This document shows positions 56,077-64,000 of a DNA stretch of 64,000 bases, one piece after another. The notes beneath the pieces were generated by a model. That model was not told the origin of the DNA and made no database searches. It saw only the letters and a list, made by a program, of their open reading frames with translations. Source of the stretch: Eledone cirrhosa (lineage: Eukaryota). The DNA lies in the NCBI GenBank assembly GCA_964016885.1, contig OZ024740.1, positions 275,838,001 through 275,902,000 of the forward strand. The letters are read 5' to 3'. Position 1 is the first letter of the stretch. Every line of letters starts with the position of its first letter. The translations under genes were made by a program, and so were the position numbers.

Positions 56077-56587
56077 TTAATTATACTATTTATGGTTATG
56101 CAAATACAAAAACCTTTTGCAGTTATATATATTTTTATATATTTATATAAACCCTAAATAGTGGTAGGCAGTAATATATTACTACCTACGCATTTCCAAT
56201 ATTTTTAATGCTTACACTATTTTTAATACTTATATTATTTCTCCACACACAGACTATAACAATCATATAAGGAATTCATCACCAGATCAACAACCTTAAC
56301 ACTCTCGATTACCTGCATAAGTGCTTCTACTACACGTAACTCTCTGCCACACTATATAAACAAGACGCATGTGCTTGCCACACATATAACCTTTGCACTA
56401 TATAACCGCTTAATTTCATGTATTTTAACCTGTATTTTTGATTGTATCTTTTAATATGAATGTAATCTCTAAGTGTGTACTGCCACTCTAAATGCTATAA
56501 TGAATGTTGACCCACAATATTTGCATATGTATCTGTATGTCTCTTGGGTGAAAAGGAGGTCATATAAGTGTTCATTCAATCATAAAT

Positions 56588-56634
56588 TGCTCCAAAGAAT
56601 CCAAACCTCGGTTTGGAGGAAACAGTTGTAAGCA
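56588..56634 (+). ncRNA. Decayed hammerhead ribozyme
   Basis: tgct-CCAAAGA-a tccaaac ctcg gtttgga g-GAAA-cagttg-TA-agca. Confidence 0.6.
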
Positions 56635-56669
56635 TACAAATGTTTTGAACAGTTCTTTGATTATTATAA

Positions 56670-56720
<51 letters not shown>

Positions 56721-57014
56721 AGCATAGCACACAATTTTTCCTCTTTGCTTTACGCAACCTGTCCACTGAAATGTGCATAATGTTTATAGTAATAAAAAAA
56801 TTAGGAAAATCAACATATTTGGCCTCCTGTCATTTCACTTTATAATACATTTACTCCGTTCCCACACCACCAACATGATACAACATTGAAGATGGATGAG
56901 TTGCATAATGCTGAGTGCTCTTCTCATATTACATCATGATTAATATTGCAGAATGACCAATTCTACCCAGTGGTAAACCACCAAATTTAATGATATATAT
57001 ATATATACATATAT

Positions 57015-57913
57015 TTGACAACAGAGGAGGACTAGCCTAACAAGAATATGGAAGTTAAAGGATCTCACATCCAGTAACATATTTAAAAGCATATTACTTG
57101 ATGCTTTTGACAGTAAGGAAGAGCAATTAGAGACGTACAGTATAGAGGAACAGTGGGATTCCTGAAAGTTAAACTGCTGAATGCGACAGATGAAATCTGT
57201 GGCTGGAGCAGACCTATAGGCAGGAGGAGAGGAACAAAGCATGCATGCTCCGCTGGATGGTTAATAGTAATATATGTGAACAGCAAAGTATAAATGACCT
57301 AAGTGAGAAATTAGGTATAAAAGGGATCAGATGCTGTTTACTTGAGAGAAGACTATGTATAAAAAAGTGCAGGGTGATCAAAATTGATGGAAGTTACGGA
57401 GTAGGCAGATAAATTCCAACTTTTCACACTTACACCTCTCTAAGACTATGTCACTGGACCGAGATCTTTGGCGCTACACAGTAATACCGAAAACCCGCCT
57501 TGCCTAAGTACAAAGCGAAACCTACAGTCAGTAGGCACCTCTTAATCAAATATACACTCCCATCCCACTACCCCAACTCCCCCACCCCCACCCCCATAAA
57601 CACCACCCTTTTCTCTGTAAAGTTATGTTGGTACCACAATGTCCAGTCCTAAATAAACGAAGTCGTGTAGGTGTCACGTAAAAAAACACACAGTCCACAC
57701 TGTAATGTGGCGGTGTACGTAACACAGTAAAAACCTCCCAGTGCACACTGTAAACATGGTTGGTGTTAGGAAGGGCATCCAGCCGTAGAGACCTGCCAGA
57801 CAGTCTCATATGAGCGAGACGAGCAATCTTGCCTTAAGTGGGACAATTCCCGTCTAAACCCATGCTAGCGTGGAAGATAGACATTAAACGATGATGATGA
57901 TGATGATGATGAT
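57015..57913 (+). mobile_element. Internally deleted RTE LINE copy
   Basis: 3' part matches the reverse complement of 40667-41400; upstream part resembles a LINE linker region; (GAT)n tail. Confidence 0.8.
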
Positions 57914-58102
57914 GTATGTATGTATTTTAGATCATTGGCTGGGCTAAAAAGCCACATTCGATCGCAGCACTGTTAGTTGCTATCGTGTGTGTATAGATAT
58001 GTTTATGTGTGTGCGTGTATGTGTATATATATATATATATGTATATTATTATTGTTGTTGTAGTCGTTATTATTAGTGTTGTTATTATTATTATTATTGT
58101 TA

Positions 58103-58138
<36 letters not shown>

Positions 58139-58203
58139 CTCTTCTCGTGCAATGGCCATACTCGATAACGAGGGGGCAGCCATCATGTATGTATATAAAC
58201 TAG

Positions 58204-58291
58204 CATATCTGATGAGATGTTGAGGAAGAGAGAGGCCTCAGTCATTATGATTTCACCCTGTGTTGATTGATATTGAAATGATTGTAATATA
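58204..58291 (+). ncRNA. Decayed hammerhead with long stem II
   Basis: atat-CTGATGA(58209-15)-gatgt...atatt-GAAA(58275-78)-tgattg-TA-atat. Confidence 0.55.
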
Positions 58292-58351
58292 CCAATAAAG
58301 TTTATATATATGCTGCAACAGTGACTTTGATCCTACATATATATATATATA

Positions 58352-58453
58352 CAGGGTGTCCCAAAAATGTATACACACTTCAACAGCATTCTAATAAATA
58401 TTGCCTGTACAGTGTTTAATCAAAGTGTGCATACATTTTGGGGGGACACCCTG
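58352..58453. mobile_element. Tc1/mariner MITE in (TA)n
   Basis: TIR cagggtgtcccaaaaatgtatacacactt with its inverted counterpart; TA flanks. Confidence 0.85.
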
Positions 58454-58479
58454 TATATATATATATATATGTATGTATG

Positions 58480-58564
<85 letters not shown>

Positions 58565-59103
58565 ATCCTTGCCAGCAGAGAGAACAGGCATGATTATAAT
58601 CAAGAGCTAATGCACAGTTTCCATCTATTAAATTCCATTCACAAATGGGCGAACTGAGACTGTCGTAAAAATATCACACAGCTTGAATTTGGAACCACAT
58701 GATCATGATGAGAACTTCATAACCACATAAGAATAAGTGTATCCAGATGAAGACCTAATGGCGTGCTACCAAGATATGCTAATACACTAGTTATATATAT
58801 GTTGTTTAAGCTAAGTCTTTTCATCTTTTATCTGATTGGCAAGAGTTGTTTATGGCACTGACTAAATGTTTGTCTGAATGAACATATGCATATCTATGCT
58901 CATTACTATAGACACCATCATGTCTTGTAGAGCGTTAAGAACATCAGAGACCTATAGTCATTGAAGCTTGACAGCATATAGTCACAGTGCTGGTTTTGAT
59001 GGAAACTGTGTATAAACTGTATGAACCAAGGTAAAAATACTGGCAACACTTTTGTTATATGTTTGTTATATTTTCTTTATCATATATGTATATATATATA
59101 TAA

Positions 59104-59570
59104 CATCATCATCATTTTATGTCCGCTTTTCCCTGCTTGCAAGGGTGGGGTGGCGGGTCTTCTTCAGCACAACATCTCCCCATTTGTCACGGTCCTTCGT
59201 CATCTCCGCTGTGAGATTCAGAGATCTGAGGTCTGCTCTCACCACCTCTCCCCATGTTTTTCATGGTCTTCCTCTACTGTGTCTTCCTTCCACTGGGATT
59301 TCTTGGCACTTCTTTATTCAGCGGTCATCTTCCATGCGCATTACATGGCCATACCAATGCAGTCTTCTCTCCCGAACACTACAACCTATCCCTCTTATAC
59401 ACAGTTTCTCTCTCAACTCGTCTATGCTTGGTCATTCACACAGATTGGCATTGCACATCCAACGGAGCATGCTTGCTTTATTTCTCTCCATCCGTCGCAT
59501 ATCCTCCGTAGTTGTTGCCCATGTCTCACTACCAAGCAGCATTGCACATCTCACACAGGCATCATATAAC
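59104..59570 (-). mobile_element. RTE LINE 3' fragment
   Basis: Minus-strand remnants of HWYGHVMRM and GRPXKTW; (CAT)n tail. Confidence 0.8.
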
Positions 59571-59571
59571 T

Positions 59572-59783
59572 AGGGAGTGTAACGTCCTGTTACTATAGGT
59601 TCACCCAAGTGAGAACTCGATGCGTAGTTTCCTGTCTATAACGTGGTGTAGAACTAAACAGAGTGTAAATATATATTCCAGAGTAGGCCAGATCGATACA
59701 GTTCGAACCTTGAGCTGATTAATAGCGAAACACACGTTACTACTCAATAAACATAATCAAGGCATAACAATTCGTCCTTTTAC
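59572..59783. mobile_element. Family 2 cassette, rearranged
   Basis: 59572-59668 is the reverse complement of tail 32220-32318; 59675-59783 is the hammerhead 3' half in the opposite orientation. Confidence 0.7.
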
Positions 59784-59800
59784 CAGTGTGTATATATATA

Positions 59801-60097
59801 AGGCACATGGATTAGTGGTTAAAGCATTGGCCTTGCAATCGAAAGGTTGTGAGTTCAATTCTCGGACTGGGTGATGTGTTGTTTCCTTGAGCAAGACACT
59901 TTATTCACATTTCTCCAGTTTACTCAGCTGTAGAAATCAAGCAAGAATCAGTTCCCGTATGAGCAAGACTTGGTCAGCCGACATGGTGAGCAAGACATGG
60001 TGAGCATGACATGGTCAGCGAGCCCGGCATGGTCAGCCGACCGGACACTGCCCACATAGAAGAACAGACGTTAAACGATGATGATGATGATGATGAT
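59801..60097 (+). mobile_element. SINE family B
   Basis: Head matches 22292-22427; short internal repeats; (GAT)n tail. Confidence 0.8.
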
Positions 60098-60147
60098 ATA
60101 TATGTACATATATTTAGAAAGTGAACAACACAATATGTAACTACTCC

Positions 60148-60239
60148 ATTACCAAAGGTTTCAGGACCCTAGACAATATATGTCTGTCTGATGAACGATC
60201 TAGACGTATATTGTCTATGTTCCTCAAACCTTTGGTAAT
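60148..60239. mobile_element. Short fold-back with hammerhead remnant
   Basis: Arms 60148-60185 and 60202-60239; CTGATGA at 60188-94; GAAA-cctttgg-TA intact on the minus arm. Confidence 0.65.
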
Positions 60240-60313
60240 TAAATAGCTCTGTACATATATCACTCTATACATAGATCACTATTTTTTCCTTTGCTTTTTC
60301 TTTGGAAATATCT

Positions 60314-60797
<484 letters not shown>

Positions 60798-60827
60798 ATA
60801 AATATAGATATATATTAGTCAGTAGAC

Positions 60828-61195
60828 CAGTGTTTCGAAACCTTTTTACCCTTATGGAACTCTTGAAATAGTTTTCAGGTTTCAAGGAAACCCATCAGAA
60901 AACTGATTATATTTCAGTGCGGTGAATTGGCAGTATCGGTAGAAGGTTGGACGCCATGCTTTCCAGCATAGTTACGTCCCTTTATGGTTTGAGTTCAAAT
61001 CCTGTCGAGGTTAACTTTGCCTTTCATCCTTACGGGGTCGATAAAATAATGTACCAGTAATTCACTGGGTAATTGCTGCCCTTGTGCCAAAAGTAGAAAC
61101 AATTATTAATAATTATGCATTAGCTTATTTATAACTGTTTATTATGTGATCTCTTGTGGAACAAAAAGGGCCAGGGAAACACTGGTTGAGAAACG
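60828..61195. mobile_element. hAT MITE interrupted by a SINE family A copy (60918-61105)
   Basis: Left end matches the reverse complement of 39365-39427; right end ggttgagaaac. Confidence 0.7.
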
Positions 61196-61429
61196 TAGCT
61201 ATGCTGGAAATGAACTTTATTCAATCTTCACAAACCCCAGTAATTGTTATTTTTAAAATCGGTGCCTATTTTATCAACCTCTCTTTGCTGAACTGCTAAA
61301 TCACAGGACATAAAAACAGACACACATATACAATGGGCCTATACAGTTTCTGTCTACCAAATTTCACTCACAACCTAACACTGTAGTAGAAGACATTTGC
61401 CTAAGATCCTATTTGTATCGCGAGCTTTG

Positions 61430-61760
61430 TAAAGGTAAGAGACCACCTCACAAACCAAAGCTCCGATTCAAAGATTGTGTAAAGGACTCATTGAAAAAAC
61501 TAGTTTGATGGTGGCTGACTGGGAGATAGAACCTCTTGAAAGAGAAACTTTTGGCATGGAATGGTGAATGATGGAGTTCATAATTTTCAGGACAGATGCA
61601 TAGAGCACAGGAAGATAAAACAGGATGTGCGTAAGCAATGCCCTGGTGTATCTCCCAAATCAATCTGTGTCTCCATTGAATTGGTATGCCCTGAGTGTGG
61701 AAAGATTTGCTTGAGCAAATCTGGTCTCAGGAGCCACAGTCACAGCCATGTTCAGAGAAA
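61430..61760 (+). mobile_element. Decayed RTE LINE C-terminus with C2H2 finger
   Basis: GKRPPHKPKLRFKDCVK and CPECGKICLSKSGLRSHSHSH. Confidence 0.7.
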
Positions 61761-63934
61761 ACCAGTGAACTATGATCTCCATAGTATTGTGAAGGTTCAC
61801 AGGCAACTTGATGCAAGACCTGAGGCCAGGGAGATCCATAGTTGTTTTCAATGTGCAAGTCTCTAGCAGGCTTGAAGAGCCATATCCGAGCGTCATACAT
61901 CTGTATCTGACAAGTGATTGCAAAACTCTTAGCAGAGTTTGCAGCCATCATGTGTGCATGTATGTATATAGGTAGATACGTATGTATCTGTGTATTTATG
62001 TATGCATGTATGTATTATTTATATAGTTTGTTTTTTTGTTTGTTTTTTCTAAGACAGTAGGATATGAGTTGACAATGATTTGGCTGCTATTTCTACCAAG
62101 TTGATTGACTATTTTGTTGCTGCACCGCTGGCCCGATCACCATATTGGTTTTACTTAGTGATGTCATTCATATTGACCCCAATCCCTTCCAGCCTTCTAA
62201 CATAATTCATTGGCAATTAAAGTTGTTGTATTTTATATTTTAATATTTTCCAGTCTGAACATTTCTCTCTCTCTCTAAGTGGCTAACTATTGCCAAGTTG
62301 GTCAGTAATTTGGTCAGATGTTTGATCAGCACTAGAGTTTAGTCATATAGGCTTAACGCCAGGATTCATTTCTTCCTTGTGCAGGAAATTAGGCGCAATT
62401 CGCATATTATTATTGTTGTTATTGCTATTGTCATTATTGCTATTATTATTATTAATAATAATATCATTAATAGTATTTCATCTTTGTACTGTCTCTGAAA
62501 CGCCTGGGGCTCTAATGATCAATAAAAGAAATGATAATAATTATGATTAATGACTGTTGAATAAATGAACGCTGCTTTCGGACCTTGTGTGAAATTGTAA
62601 ATTTTACCTAAATTACTTAATAAATTTCATTTTTTTTTATTCTGTATCAATTTCATTAACAAAAAATTTAAAATCTTTTAAGCATCAACTCCATTACTTA
62701 GGGTGGAAGAAATGATCTTCCTCAGACATGTTCTAATTCTATATAATTTTGGACGATAGCCATTTATATTGTTGCTTGTATTGCAAATTAATTACTTTTG
62801 TGCTAGAGAGGAAGGGGGCTAGCCACAGTAGTACCAGCAGACTCAATATTGAACATTCTTTCATTTGATGTTTTTTTAATAAAAATAAGCATTTTGTGTG
62901 ATATGTATGAAAGATAGCAGCTGCTTTAAAAATGCAGAGAAAGCCCTGTGCCTGGAACTCATGGAAGAGGCAGACCCAGGAAGACTCGGAATGAAGTTGT
63001 GAAGACCAAAAATATGACCATGAAACAAGCGTATTTAAATGCAAATATTAACGGTCATAATTTGAAAACAAAACTACATAGATAAAGAAAAGTGATGAAA
63101 ATATAAACTTAAGTACCTAAAGCAATGGAAACAATAGCACCAACAAGGTGGAGATGGAGAAATGTAGAAAATATATTTTAAGAAAAAAGTACCTCTTGGA
63201 GATTTAATAAAAGAAATGACAAAGAGGAAAGGAATGAACCTCAGTTTTCCAAAACGAAAAACAAGGAAAAGTTAAATGTCCTGGCTGCTATGTGACAGGC
63301 TGTATGCTTCATTAATCAAAGCAGTGCATATGGAAGTATGAGCCTGTTATCTAAACCTGGAAATGAGGCAAGGAAACATGCAGAGCTCACGTACTACATG
63401 CTTGATCATAGAATAGTGTTGTAGTGGTTGGCTTAAGGCCTAGAAAATTTGTCAACTTGGTTCCTTGGGTTGTGTGTGTTGATGTCAACTTTTGGCCTGC
63501 TCTCCCTTTTGTATCATAGACCAAGTGGTTGATAAGCACAGAGTTGATCTACAAGGACTCACACAACTAACATGTTAATGCTATACAAACCACACATCAC
63601 ACATCTGACAGAGAGAGACACAACACAGATTATGCAGTACACATGGAACATACTCACTTCTCAATAAAATAGCACAACTCACTCTACACATACCCTAAAC
63701 AATAGAACAAACTATAAATTAATCCCAGAAAGAGTAAGCCATACCCCATCACAAAACAAAATGAGCTGTACATCCCTCATAAAAAATATAAACATTAAGG
63801 CTGTACACATTTCAGGAACACTTCCTGCATAGAAACTCACACGAACCTGTTGAAGAAATGATAATAACAATAAATTATTTATTATAAGAATTGATAGAGC
63901 ATTGTACAAAATACTTTGCATTAGTTGTTTCAGT

Positions 63935-64000
63935 CGTGGATTGGCAGTATCAGTGGAGGGTCGGACGCCATGCTTTCCAGCATAGTTACGTCCCTTTATG
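63935..64000 (+). mobile_element. SINE family A head, cut by the window end
   Basis: gtggattggcagtatcagtggagggtcggacgccatgc. Confidence 0.8.

Noticed and set aside
58952-59022. TTGAAGC...GAAActgtgTA as a hammerhead
   Set aside because: Too many core deviations and a weak stem I; possibly an old relic but unsupported.
61561-61866. Host C2H2 zinc-finger gene
   Set aside because: Single finger directly after an RTE C-terminal motif with frameshifts; LINE-derived.
62330-62520. GAAACGCC near 62497 as a ribozyme half
   Set aside because: No upstream CTGANGA found.

Overview
Eukaryotic, very AT-rich, repeat-saturated window with no recognisable host protein-coding gene. The repeat repertoire suggests a mollusc, probably an octopus-like cephalopod; this is inference only. 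Most ORF-track entries are microsatellite translation artefacts. Conventional content: a ~10 kb degenerate (ACC-ANC)n satellite; a near full-length R4/Dong-clade RLE retrotransposon in (TAA)n; several RTE, Tx1-like and CR1-like LINE fragments; a deleted mariner; hAT, piggyBac and Tc1/mariner MITEs; a Helitron-like element; and more than 20 tRNA-derived SINEs of two families. The main unexplained signal is a dense population of short non-coding cassettes in or beside (TA)n tracts. About 15 loci carry intact or decayed minimal type I hammerhead ribozyme folds (stem I-CTGANGA-stem II-GAAA-short or palindromic stem III-TH-stem I). Many are arranged as fold-back inverted duplications with arms up to ~220 bp. 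Several sequence-unrelated families share a GAGTRCT-like motif ~40-60 nt before the 3' microsatellite. This architecture resembles Penelope-like element pLTRs or retrozyme-like non-autonomous RNAs. All folds and coordinates were read by eye.
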